Of a stretch of 64,000 nucleotides of DNA, positions 45,450-54,651 are shown piece by piece. Source of the stretch: Ruminococcus sp. GTDB taxonomy: Bacteria; Bacillota; Clostridia; Oscillospirales; Acutalibacteraceae. Numbering within the stretch: position 1 is the stretch's first letter; each line of letters begins with the position of its first letter. Below the pieces are notes generated by a model that did not search any database, was not told the origin of the DNA, and saw nothing but the letters and a program-made list of their open reading frames with translations. A program made the position numbers and the translations under genes. The stretch lies in contig JAFSZY010000041.1 in assembly GCA_017458845.1 (NCBI GenBank), positions 24,524-88,523 of the forward strand, in the 5' to 3' direction.

Positions 45450-45507
45450 ACTGAATACTTAACTGACCACTGATCACTAACCACTGATCACTAACCACTG
45501 ATCACTG
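45450..45507 (-). repeat. Degenerate heptamer tandem repeats (CAGTGAT/CAGTGGT/TAGTGAT..) spanning the stop of subunit G
   Basis: + strand cactaaatactgaatacttaactgaccactgatcactaaccactgatcactaaccactgatcactg. Confidence 0.7.
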
Positions 45508-45802
45508 CTTCGACTATCTGTTCGACCCACTTATCGGCATTCTCATCGAACTTCTGCTTCAGCGCCTGAACCTGCTCCTTGCGGTGCTCCTCGCTATTTT
45601 CAAACTTAGCGGCTCCATCGGCTTCGATTTTCTTTTTCTCTGTTTCGACCTCAGCCTTGGCGTCGGACATATATTTTTCGTAAATCTTCTCGGTTTCTTC
45701 CTTAATCTGAACCTCGAGCTTTTCTTTTTCCTTATTTGTTTCCTCGCTGAATTTTTTCGCCTGCTCGTCGATATCAACCAGTTTTTTAATTACATCCTGC
45801 AT
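45491..45802 (-). CDS. V/A-type ATP synthase subunit G/H
   Basis: 103-aa charged coiled coil at the head of the operon. Confidence 0.8.
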   Translation of the reverse strand: MQDVIKKLVDIDEQAKKFSEETNKEKEKLEVQIKEETEKIYEKYMSDAKAEVETEKKKIEADGAAKFENSEEHRKEQVQALKQKFDENADKWVEQIVEAVISG

Positions 45803-45822
45803 AACCTAAAGTCTCCTCAAAG

Positions 45823-47988
45823 TTAAATTACAATATCGCTTTCCTCAACGCGGTTGTTAAAGAATTCAATAACCTTAATGCACGGTTTTCTGAGCACTAA
45901 GCCCACAAAAAGAGCTCCCAGTGCAAACAGCATCAAATAACCGATATTCATCCAGAAGCTGCCCCAGTTCATTCCCGCGACAGTCTCTCTCATAGCGTTT
46001 ATACCGTACTTAAACGGCAGGAAAGTTGACATAGCCTTGAACAGTCCCGGGAGAACCTCAATCGGGAATGTACCGCCCGAGCCCGCTACCTGGAGCACGA
46101 GGATAATTACCGCCAGCGCTTTACCAAGAACACTGAACGTGATTGTGAGCGAGTAGATAATGAGAGTATATACAAAGCTCGATATCATACTTGCCACAAC
46201 GAACATCAATGGATTATCGCACTGGATTTTCAGGAAGAACAAATCTCCCAGAGAGATTACAAGCGCCTGAATCTGTCCCATAACAAAGAACATAAGATAG
46301 CGTCCGAAGAACAGCTGGTACTCCCTGGGCTTGGTCAGAGTTTTAAGCTGACGCTTGCTGAAGCCTACGCTGACAACCGCCACAAGCACAACTCCGCCGA
46401 CCCACAAGCCGAGCGAAGTATAGAACGGCGTCATAGACGAACCGTAGTTTTTAACATGGAACAATCTGTGTTCCTCGGTTGTAACGGGGCTCGATACAAA
46501 CTTACCGAGCTCAGCGGGGTTCTCGATAATCGGAGAAAGGAAGTTTTCGATTTTCTTGCTGTCTCTGATATCTTTAATCTTTGAGATTAATGTGTCAATC
46601 TTCTTGTTTGCGTTGTTTAGAAGGTCTCCGAGGTTTTTGAACGTAGACTTAAGAGTGTCTACCGTATCAACGCCCGAATCGAGCACCTTATCAATAGAAT
46701 CCGTACCCGAACTTAATGTCGTGATAAAATCGGAAATATCGTCAAGTGACTTGTAAACATCATTGGTGGCGTTATCGATTTTCTTTTTAACGTCTATAAA
46801 GCCTGTTTTTGCCTTGCTTATTTCCGACTTAGCCTCTCCGATTAGAGACTTCAGCTCGTTCTGCACATCCTTGGGCAGCTTGCCTGTTTTGCGGATTGTA
46901 TCAGCGGCGCTGTTAATCTTATCTATAATCGCGTTCTGTTTCTTATTTGCGGCGTTGAGACGGTTAATCAAATCGTCGCATTTGATGTTGGGGAATACCG
47001 ACTTGATTTCATTAAGAACCGAGAGCACGGTATTGTTAGCGTTGATTATCTTGTTGTTAATCTGCGTTAACCTTTCCAGCTTATCCGCCGCCGCGGATGA
47101 ATCGCTCTTCAGAGTGTCAAAAACATCGCTCAGCTCATCGTCCAAGTCCTTGGCGTAGCCGGAGCCCTGATTGATTATTTCGCTGATAGAGGCGGTAATC
47201 TGGGGCGAAGTTGCGCCGAAGCCCTTGATGGAATCCTTTATATTAGAGCCCATAGCTCCCGCCTTGGCAAGCGCGTTTTTTATTCCGGGGCCCAAATCCT
47301 TGTTAGCGTTTAAAAGCTTCTTTATGGAATCCAGAGTGGAAACAAACAAATCGTTTGTTTTATTAAACTCATTTAAATCCGTCTTGGCGTTTTTAAGAGT
47401 TTTTATAATCTTGTCGGCGACCTCAACCTTAGACTCTGAAACCTCTTTGTCCGTAAGGTTCAGGGCGGATGCGATTACCTCGGTAATCTTATCGACATAA
47501 GCCTCGTTTACCGAGTTTTCCATAGACCTGACGCCCGCGTCGGTAATCTTGGGGGCTATGGCGTTGCTCTTCTCGTTGACATAATACTGGAGCTTTGCCT
47601 GCTTAAATTTGCCCGTAGTAACGGAGAAAAGGTTTCTGCTGAAATTCTTAGGCACTACAACAGCGGCGTAATACTTTCCGTTTTTGACGCCGTCAACCGC
47701 CTGCTTTTCACTTACGAAATCCCAACCCATCTGGTTGTTTTTCTTAAGGTTGTCGATGATTGTGTCGCCCGCGTTTACCGTAAGAGATTTATACTCATAT
47801 CCCTTGTCGAGTGAACAAACGGCAAAGGGCAAATCTCCCGTACTGGAGTAGGGGTCCCAGTTGGACGCGATGTTAAACCACGAATAAAGCGCGGGAAGAA
47901 TACATATTCCTATTATTACTACAAAAACGATGATGTTTTTCGCGACATCTTTTACGTCATATTTGAAAATCGAAAAAATATTCTTCAT
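45823..47988 (-). CDS. YhgE/Pip-family membrane protein
   Basis: LPALYSWFNIASNWDPY; YYVNEKSNAIAPKITD; coiled-coil middle; NYGSSMTPFYTSLGLWVG; GGTFPIEVLP. Confidence 0.92.
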   Translation of the reverse strand: MKNIFSIFKYDVKDVAKNIIVFVVIIGICILPALYSWFNIASNWDPYSSTGDLPFAVCSLDKGYEYKSLTVNAGDTIIDNLKKNNQMGWDFVSEKQAVDGVKNGKYYAAVVVPKNFSRNLFSVTTGKFKQAKLQYYVNEKSNAIAPKITDAGVRSMENSVNEAYVDKITEVIASALNLTDKEVSESKVEVADKIIKTLKNAKTDLNEFNKTNDLFVSTLDSIKKLLNANKDLGPGIKNALAKAGAMGSNIKDSIKGFGATSPQITASISEIINQGSGYAKDLDDELSDVFDTLKSDSSAAADKLERLTQINNKIINANNTVLSVLNEIKSVFPNIKCDDLINRLNAANKKQNAIIDKINSAADTIRKTGKLPKDVQNELKSLIGEAKSEISKAKTGFIDVKKKIDNATNDVYKSLDDISDFITTLSSGTDSIDKVLDSGVDTVDTLKSTFKNLGDLLNNANKKIDTLISKIKDIRDSKKIENFLSPIIENPAELGKFVSSPVTTEEHRLFHVKNYGSSMTPFYTSLGLWVGGVVLVAVVSVGFSKRQLKTLTKPREYQLFFGRYLMFFVMGQIQALVISLGDLFFLKIQCDNPLMFVVASMISSFVYTLIIYSLTITFSVLGKALAVIILVLQVAGSGGTFPIEVLPGLFKAMSTFLPFKYGINAMRETVAGMNWGSFWMNIGYLMLFALGALFVGLVLRKPCIKVIEFFNNRVEESDIVI

Positions 47989-48293
47989 TCCTCTTCCTCA
48001 CTTTCGGGCTTTTGGCTGTATTCGTCCTCAATGCCGAGATAATCGGCAAATGTATGGTATCTGTAGTCGGCGTGTATCATAATTGCCGCGCAGGCAAAAT
48101 CAGTTATTACCCACAAAATAAGAAAAGCGATTTTACTTTCTACGCTAAACATCAGGGTTAGAAAAACTATCCCTGATATCAATATATACAGAAAACCGAA
48201 GCGTTTGTATTTTATCCTTTTACGCTTGGCTTCCTCATATTCCGTTTTGATTTTTTCGTAGGTCAGGTGTTCTTGGTTTTTAATATCAAGCAT
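47985..48293 (-). CDS. Small two-TM protein coupled to YhgE/Pip; resembles the C-terminal tail of a YhgE/Pip partner
   Basis: FLTLMFSVESKIAFLILWVI; its stop overlaps the YhgE start. Confidence 0.7.
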   Translation of the reverse strand: MLDIKNQEHLTYEKIKTEYEEAKRKRIKYKRFGFLYILISGIVFLTLMFSVESKIAFLILWVITDFACAAIMIHADYRYHTFADYLGIEDEYSQKPESEEEE

Positions 48294-48420
48294 AACTTTC
48301 ACCCCATTTATTACAACTCCATATTATATCACAAAAATTCAGAAATGCAATAGACAAACAACCCTTTCTAACCAAATCATTTATAGAGTTTTATAGAGTC
48401 GTTCGGTTTCCTTAGAGCGA

Positions 48421-48446
48421 AAAAGGCAGCCTTTCGACTGCCTTTT
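48421..48446 (-). terminator. Terminator after trpB2
   Basis: AAAAGGCAG..CTGCCTTTT. Confidence 0.75.
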
Positions 48447-48456
48447 AATGATTATA

Positions 48457-49839
48457 TTATTCCTGACCGGGAACCTTGGGAAGCTTAGCGACGCTCTGAG
48501 CGATATCCTCGTCTGTGGGGATATAGTCGGACATTTCGCCGTTGTTGAACTTCTCGTAAGCAACAAGGTCAAAGTAACCTGTGCCTGTAAGACCGAAGAG
48601 GATTGTCTTTTCCTCGCCTGTCTCCTTGCACTTGAGAGCCTCGTCGATAGCGACGCGGATAGCGTGTGAGCTTTCGGGAGCGGGGAGGATACCCTCAACT
48701 CTCGCAAACTGCTCGGCAGCCTCGAATACGGAGGTCTGCTCAACAGAACGAGCTTCCATAAGACCGTCATCATAAAGCTGTGATAGCGTGGAGCTCATAC
48801 CGTGGAATCTCAGACCACCCGCGTGGTTAGCTGAGGGGATGAAGCTGGAGCCGAGTGTGTACATCTTGGCGAGAGGACAAATCATACCTGTATCGCAGAA
48901 GTCATACGCGAATGTTCCGCGTGTGAAGCTCGGGCAGGAAGCGGGCTCTACAGCGATGATTCTGTAATCGTTTTCGCCTCTGAGCTTTTCGCCCATAAAC
49001 GGCGCGATAAGTCCGCCGAGGTTTGAACCGCCGCCCGCGCAGCCGATGATGATGTCGGGTTTAACGTTGTACTTATCGAGAGCAGCCTTAGCCTCTAAAC
49101 CGATAACGCTCTGGTGGAGAAGCACCTGGTTGAGAACCGAACCGAGCACATAACGGTAACCCGGGTTCTTAACGGCAACTTCAACAGCCTCGGAGATAGC
49201 GCAGCCGAGAGAGCCTGTTGTGTCGGGGAACTCGGCGAGAATCTTCTTGCCGACTTCTGTTGTCATTGAGGGCGAAGGTGTAACGTCCGCGCCGTAGGTA
49301 CGCATAACCTCACGGCGGAAAGGCTTCTGCTCATAGCTGACTTTAACCATATATACCTTGCAGTCGAGTCCGAGGTAAGCGCAAGCCATCGAGAGAGCTG
49401 TACCCCACTGACCTGCTCCTGTCTCTGTAGTAACGCCCTTGAGACCCTGGTTCTTAGCGTAATAAGCCTGAGCGATAGCGGAATTGAGCTTATGGCTTCC
49501 GCTTGTGTTGTTGCCCTCAAACTTGTAGTAAATCTTTGCGGGTGTGCCGAGAGCTTTCTCAAGGCAATATGCTCTTACCAGCGGAGCGGGACGGTACATC
49601 TTGTAGAAATCCTGGATTTCCTGGGGGATGTCGATATACTGTGTATCGTTGTCGAGCTCCTGTTTAACGAGTTCTTCACAGAATATTCCGCTCATTTCCT
49701 CAGCTGTGAGGGGCTTGCCTGTGCCGGGGTTGAGAAGCGGAGCGGGCTTGTTCTTCATATCAGCCCTGAGGTTATACCATTTTGAAGGAATCTCGTTTTC
49801 GCTTAAATAAATTTTGTAAGGTATTTTGTTTTCTGACAT
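48457..49839 (-). CDS. trpB2: TrpB-like PLP enzyme (TrpB2, stand-alone tryptophan synthase beta)
   Basis: EGNNTSGSHKLNSAIAQAYY (PLP Lys); TETGAGQWG; GCAGGGSN; HAGGLRFHG; PAPESSHA; no trpA in the window. Confidence 0.95.
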   Translation of the reverse strand: MSENKIPYKIYLSENEIPSKWYNLRADMKNKPAPLLNPGTGKPLTAEEMSGIFCEELVKQELDNDTQYIDIPQEIQDFYKMYRPAPLVRAYCLEKALGTPAKIYYKFEGNNTSGSHKLNSAIAQAYYAKNQGLKGVTTETGAGQWGTALSMACAYLGLDCKVYMVKVSYEQKPFRREVMRTYGADVTPSPSMTTEVGKKILAEFPDTTGSLGCAISEAVEVAVKNPGYRYVLGSVLNQVLLHQSVIGLEAKAALDKYNVKPDIIIGCAGGGSNLGGLIAPFMGEKLRGENDYRIIAVEPASCPSFTRGTFAYDFCDTGMICPLAKMYTLGSSFIPSANHAGGLRFHGMSSTLSQLYDDGLMEARSVEQTSVFEAAEQFARVEGILPAPESSHAIRVAIDEALKCKETGEEKTILFGLTGTGYFDLVAYEKFNNGEMSDYIPTDEDIAQSVAKLPKVPGQE

Positions 49840-49920
49840 TGTAATTACTCCTTTATATAAAATATTGTTCTATTAATTAATTCAGTCTGTCCATACACAG
49901 TAAAGTGAGGAACGGACTAC

Positions 49921-50127
49921 TCGGCGCCCCCTTGGGGGCGCCGGCAGCGCTTGCGCTGACTGAGGGGGTTACGTATGTATTAAATGACGTTCTGTTAAAG
50001 AACCGCTATCGCTCTGTAATCCCCTCTGCCTCGCTTTGCTCGGCACCCTTTCCTTAGCAGGAACGGCAACCCTTTTGTCACTTCGTGACATTTCCCCTAA
50101 TAGGGGAATATCCCAAGGGAGGGCTTA
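49921..50127. repeat. Palindromic intergenic repeat cluster; core 50070-50120 is shared with 56600-56650
   Basis: CCCTTTTGTCACT.CGTGACATTTCCCCTAA.AGGGGAAT.TCCCAAGGGA, 48/51 identical; further hairpins such as CGGCGCCCCC-TT-GGGGGCGCCG. Confidence 0.85.
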
Positions 50128-50132
50128 TTATT

Positions 50133-50159
50133 TCACCATCGTTTAGTTAATACTATCAT
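50133..50159 (-). CDS. Mini-ORF MIVLTKRW* (leader peptide or relic of a deleted gene)
   Basis: GGAGG RBS 5 nt upstream of the ATG; lies directly after the T-box terminator. Confidence 0.4.
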   Translation of the reverse strand: MIVLTKRW

Positions 50160-50171
50160 TCTTTCCTCCGA

Positions 50172-50445
50172 AAAATAAAAAATCCTGTCCCAGCATTTGC
50201 CGGGACAGGAATAATCCTGCGGTGCCACCTGGCTTGACGTGTTTAACGTCCACTCAACGCGTACTATCATACGCTGACCTTTGATTACGGAAAGTCTGTT
50301 CCGTCTCGCATACTCTGGGAATAACCCGCATTTCCGCTCGCCCTCGGGAGTCCATTCAACTCTGTGTTCTCTGCCGCGTTTCCACCGTCAGCGGCTCTCT
50401 GTAAGAGAAGTAGCAGAACCTACTCACTCTCCCTCATCGGTTTAA
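50172..50445 (-). ncRNA. T-box riboswitch, Trp specifier
   Basis: AGAGAGCC..GGTGGAAACGC stem I elements; specifier GAA-TGG-ACT (TGG at 50352-50354); T-box AGGTGGCACCGC; terminator CCTGTCCCGGC..GCTGGGACAGG-ATTTTTT; promoter TTGACA-17-TAAAAT at 50450-50478. Confidence 0.93.
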
Positions 50446-50604
50446 AAGCATTTTATTACAATCCTTCCCAAATGTCAATACCTTTTTAGAAATTTTTTAT
50501 TATGTTAACAGGCTAAAGCACACATCGCCAAAATTCTTATTGAAAAAAATACACATTTATGATATTCTAATTATGTATATCCCAAGTTTTGAAAAGGTGA
50601 TTAT

Positions 50605-53600
50605 ATGACAAAATTTTTCGTCAAAAAACCATACTTTATGATAGTCACAATCATCATAGTTCTGGTTGTAGGTTTCGTGAGCGTCACCTCGATGAAAACG
50701 GACCTTATGCCCAAGTTCGAGCTTCCGTACATAGCGGTCATCACCACCGAAGCGGGAGCCTCTCCCGACAAGGTCGAAAAGGACGTCGCCGAGGTTATGG
50801 AAAACGCGCTGGGCACACTCAACGGTGTCGAGAAGGTAACCTCCACATCCTCTAATAACTACGCGGCAGTTATTCTGAATTTTGCTGACGACACCGATAT
50901 GGACTCCGCCCTCGTCAGGGTTTCCAAGGCGGTAAATGTTATGGAACTGCCCGAGGAATGCGGCACGCCCAACATACTCGAAATCAGTATGGATATGGTC
51001 GCGACCATGTACGCTAACATCAACTATAAAGGCAAGGATATCAAGGAGCTCTCAGACTTCAGCGAAAACGTCGTCAAGCCCTACCTTGAAAGGCAGGACG
51101 GCGTGGCGAGCGTAACAGCGAATGGCCTTATAAACGACAGCATTGAGATTAAGCTCAGCGAAAAGAAGATAGACAAAATCAACGCCAGAATCCTTTCCAA
51201 AACTAACGACAAACTTGCCGAGGCAAGCGGAAAGATTGAGGACTCCAAGAGCAAGCTCTCCGAAAGCAAAAGAGAAATAGAGTCAGGCAAAAGCAAGCTG
51301 GGCGATACTCAGAGTAAAACGACCGACAAGCTCAGCAAGGCTGCCACACAGCTATCCAAAGCTCAGGCGACAAAGGCGGCGTATGAATCAACACTGCTCA
51401 GCCTCAACGCGAGCAAAAGCGCGCTCGAAGCCGAGCTTAAGGCTTACAAGGACGCAAAGCTCGAGGACGCTTACACAGGGCTCGATAAGGCGCTGGCGGC
51501 GCTGAACCAGAACCTCTCACCCATAGCCCAAATGCAGGATATTACAATTCCCGCGTCCGTTGAGGAAGCTGTCAAAAACCCCGAAGAATACGAAAAATTC
51601 CTCAAGTGGATGAACGACGCGGGCTACGGCGACCAGGTCAAGAAATTGAGCCTCGACACCCTCAAACAGGTATACAACGCCGTCAAGGTGCGTATTCCTC
51701 AGATTGAAACGGAGCTTGCTAACCTGAACACAAAGATAAAAGTTCAGGAAACCATCGTCGAGCAGCTCAACAAAAAAGCAAGCAATCTCGACGAAAATCA
51801 AAGCGACATAAATTCGGCGGAACTCAACGCCGCGGTAGAGTTCGGCGCGGGCAAAGCACAGCTCAACTCAGCCGAAACACAGATAGAAAACGCTCAAAAG
51901 GAACTCGACGAAGCTCAAAAGAAACTCGAAAACTCTTTTAAGGCGGCAAGAGATAACTCCAACATTGACGCGCTGCTCACACTTGATACCCTCTCACAGC
52001 TTATATCGGCGCAGAATTTCTCGATGCCCGCGGGCTATGTTGAGGACAAGGACGAGAACCAGTGGCTCGTTGAAATTGACGAGAACTTCAAAAGCGCGAA
52101 GCAGCTGAAGAACTTAGTGCTGACAAAGGTTGACGGCATTGGTAAAATCAAGCTCAGCGACGTTGCAAATGTAGTCACCGTAGACAATGTCGGCGAAGCT
52201 TACTGCAAGGTCAATGGCGAGGACGCCGTAATGCTCTCCGTCTACAAGGCAAACACCGCCAATACAAGCGAGGTTTCTGACGGAATCAACAAAGCTTTCG
52301 ACGAACTGGAATCCAAGTACAAGGGGCTCAGCTTTACCCAGATGATGAATCAGGGCGACTACATCACAAGAATTCTCAACAGCGTTCTCAGCAGTATTCT
52401 GCTGGGCGCGATACTCGCTATAGTGGTACTGGCGCTCTTCCTAAAGTCTGTCAAGCCCACGCTTGTTGTGGCGTTCAGCATACCGTTCTCGGTACTTTTC
52501 GCGCTGATAATAATGTACTTTACAGGCATAAACCTCAACGTAATGTCCCTTGCGGGCTTGTGTATAAGTATAGGTATGCTTGTGGACAACTCCGTCGTTG
52601 TAATGGAAAACATATTCAGAATGAGGCAAAAGGGCATTCCCGCCCCGAGAGCCGCGGTTCAGGGAACAAAACAGGTGGCGGCTCCGATTATCGCCTCCAC
52701 CGCGACCACAATATGCGTATTCCTGCCTATGGTCTACACCACGGGAATTGTGGCACAGCTGATGATACCGTTCGCGTTTACGATTTCCTACGCGCTCATA
52801 GCCTCTTTGATTGTAGCGCTGACTGTCGTGCCGACAATAGGCTCGCTCATCCTCAAAAAGAACAAGGAGAGAAAGCAAAACTGGTACGACAAATTAAAGA
52901 ACCTCTACGGCAAGGCTATCGCCTTCTGCCTGAGGTTCAAGTTCATTCCACTAGTTGTGTCGGTAGTTCTTTTGGCGCTTATGATTATACAGACCTTCGG
53001 CACGGGTATGACGACTCTCGACTCCACCGAGAGCAACCAGATTTCCGTAACTCTCACGCTTGAGGAAGGAATCAAAAAGGATAAAGCTTTCAAGACGGCC
53101 GACAAGGTTCTGGAGCGTATAATGAAAATCAAAGGCGTGAGCAAGGTAAGCGGTCTCGACGGCAACACGGGGCTTATCTCGACCTTCGCGGGCTCGGGCT
53201 TTTCAACAAATAACTACTCGACGTTTACGTTTGACGTGCTCACCGACGACGGCGTAACCACCACCGACGAATACAGAAGAATCCGCAATGAAATTGAAAA
53301 GCAGAAGAAATACATCGACTGCAAGGAGCTCTCGGCTTCATCCTCGGCTATGAGCAGTATGTCCTCCCTGACGGGCGGCGGCGTAAGCGTCAACATTTAC
53401 GGCGACGACAAGGAACAGCTCATCAAAATCAGCGAGGACGTCATCAAAATGATGAACAGCGTCAAAGGAATTGAGAACGCAACGAACGGAATTACCGAAT
53501 CGGACAAAACCCTCAAGCTCCACATCGACCGCAACAAGGCGGCTGAATACGGGCTGACGGTGGCTCAGATTTTCCAGCAGGTAGCCGCTAAAGCCGCAAC

Positions 53601-54534
53601 GGAAAAGACCGCCGCAACCCTAAACATAAACGACAAGGACGTGGACGTGGAGATAGTCGATAAGACCGACAAAGTTACCTACGAAAACATCCTCAAAACC
53701 AAAATCACCGCAACCAAGAAGGACGCTGAGGGCAACGACGTCACCAAGACCTACAAGCTCTCAAAGTTCGCTTATGTCACCGACGGCTACACAATGAGCA
53801 ACATCACCCGCGAGAACCAGCGTATGTACCTGCAGGTTGAGTCGGAAATCGGCGAGGGCGAGAACACCACTCTGCTCAGCCGTAAGGTCCAGGAAAAGCT
53901 CGACAATTACAAAGCCCCCGCGGGCTATGATATTGAGATTGCGGGCTCGGCAATACAGACCGAGGAAATGGTCAACCAGATGCTCAGAGCTATATTGCTA
54001 GGATTCATTCTCATCTACCTGATTATGGTGGCGCAGTTCCAGAGCTTCCTCTCGCCTTTCATCATCATCTTCACGGTACCTCTCGCCTTTACGGGCGGTA
54101 TGATAGGACTGAGCCTGTTCGGAATGACAATCTCGGGAATGTCGCTGATGGGCTTTATGATACTGATGGGAACTGTCGTAAACAACGGCATTGTGTTCGT
54201 GGACTTCGCGAACAAGCTGAGAATTCAGGGGCTCGACAAACGCCGCGCGTTAATCGAAACAGGTAAAACAAGGATGAGACCTATCCTTATGACAGCTCTG
54301 ACCACAATCCTCTCGATGAGCGTGATGGTATTCTCTCAGGACGCGGGCAACGCTATGCAGCGAAGTATGGCGGTTGTGGTTAGCGTGGGACTTCTGTACT
54401 CAACGCTTATGACGCTGTTCGTGGTGCCTGTAATGTACGACATATTCTACCGCAAACAGCCTAAGGTAATCGACGTGGGCGACGACCTTGACGATGAAGC
54501 TGACGAAACGGAAGAAATACTAAGTAATATGTAA
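50605..54534 (+). CDS. AcrB/AcrD/AcrF (RND)-family transporter with a large coiled-coil insertion
   Basis: GMLVDNSVVVMENI; GTVVNNGIVFVD; TRMRPILMTALTTIL; about 250-aa helical insert; no membrane-fusion gene adjacent. Confidence 0.92.
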   Translation: MTKFFVKKPYFMIVTIIIVLVVGFVSVTSMKTDLMPKFELPYIAVITTEAGASPDKVEKDVAEVMENALGTLNGVEKVTSTSSNNYAAVILNFADDTDMDSALVRVSKAVNVMELPEECGTPNILEISMDMVATMYANINYKGKDIKELSDFSENVVKPYLERQDGVASVTANGLINDSIEIKLSEKKIDKINARILSKTNDKLAEASGKIEDSKSKLSESKREIESGKSKLGDTQSKTTDKLSKAATQLSKAQATKAAYESTLLSLNASKSALEAELKAYKDAKLEDAYTGLDKALAALNQNLSPIAQMQDITIPASVEEAVKNPEEYEKFLKWMNDAGYGDQVKKLSLDTLKQVYNAVKVRIPQIETELANLNTKIKVQETIVEQLNKKASNLDENQSDINSAELNAAVEFGAGKAQLNSAETQIENAQKELDEAQKKLENSFKAARDNSNIDALLTLDTLSQLISAQNFSMPAGYVEDKDENQWLVEIDENFKSAKQLKNLVLTKVDGIGKIKLSDVANVVTVDNVGEAYCKVNGEDAVMLSVYKANTANTSEVSDGINKAFDELESKYKGLSFTQMMNQGDYITRILNSVLSSILLGAILAIVVLALFLKSVKPTLVVAFSIPFSVLFALIIMYFTGINLNVMSLAGLCISIGMLVDNSVVVMENIFRMRQKGIPAPRAAVQGTKQVAAPIIASTATTICVFLPMVYTTGIVAQLMIPFAFTISYALIASLIVALTVVPTIGSLILKKNKERKQNWYDKLKNLYGKAIAFCLRFKFIPLVVSVVLLALMIIQTFGTGMTTLDSTESNQISVTLTLEEGIKKDKAFKTADKVLERIMKIKGVSKVSGLDGNTGLISTFAGSGFSTNNYSTFTFDVLTDDGVTTTDEYRRIRNEIEKQKKYIDCKELSASSSAMSSMSSLTGGGVSVNIYGDDKEQLIKISEDVIKMMNSVKGIENATNGITESDKTLKLHIDRNKAAEYGLTVAQIFQQVAAKAATEKTAATLNINDKDVDVEIVDKTDKVTYENILKTKITATKKDAEGNDVTKTYKLSKFAYVTDGYTMSNITRENQRMYLQVESEIGEGENTTLLSRKVQEKLDNYKAPAGYDIEIAGSAIQTEEMVNQMLRAILLGFILIYLIMVAQFQSFLSPFIIIFTVPLAFTGGMIGLSLFGMTISGMSLMGFMILMGTVVNNGIVFVDFANKLRIQGLDKRRALIETGKTRMRPILMTALTTILSMSVMVFSQDAGNAMQRSMAVVVSVGLLYSTLMTLFVVPVMYDIFYRKQPKVIDVGDDLDDEADETEEILSNM

Positions 54535-54571
54535 TAAGTAATAGATAATAGGTTAGTTGTTAACAAACAAA

Positions 54572-54607
54572 ATCGGCAAAACATCTCCCAAAAGATGTTT
54601 TGCCGAT
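54572..54607. terminator. Bidirectional terminator between convergent genes
   Basis: ATCGGCAAAACATCT-cccaaa-AGATGTTTTGCCGAT. Confidence 0.8.
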
Positions 54608-54651
54608 ACTTTTTCTGAAATATTACTTATTACCTGTTATTTATTACTTAA

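Noticed and set aside
45450-45507. Tandem repeats as a possible CRISPR array
   Set aside because: The units are 7-14 bp with no unique spacers, and there are no cas genes.
45823-47988. YhgE/Pip plus the FHA/kinase cluster as a type VII secretion system
   Set aside because: No EssC/FtsK ATPase, WXG100 or EssB gene is in the window, and the two loci are separated by the ATPase operon.
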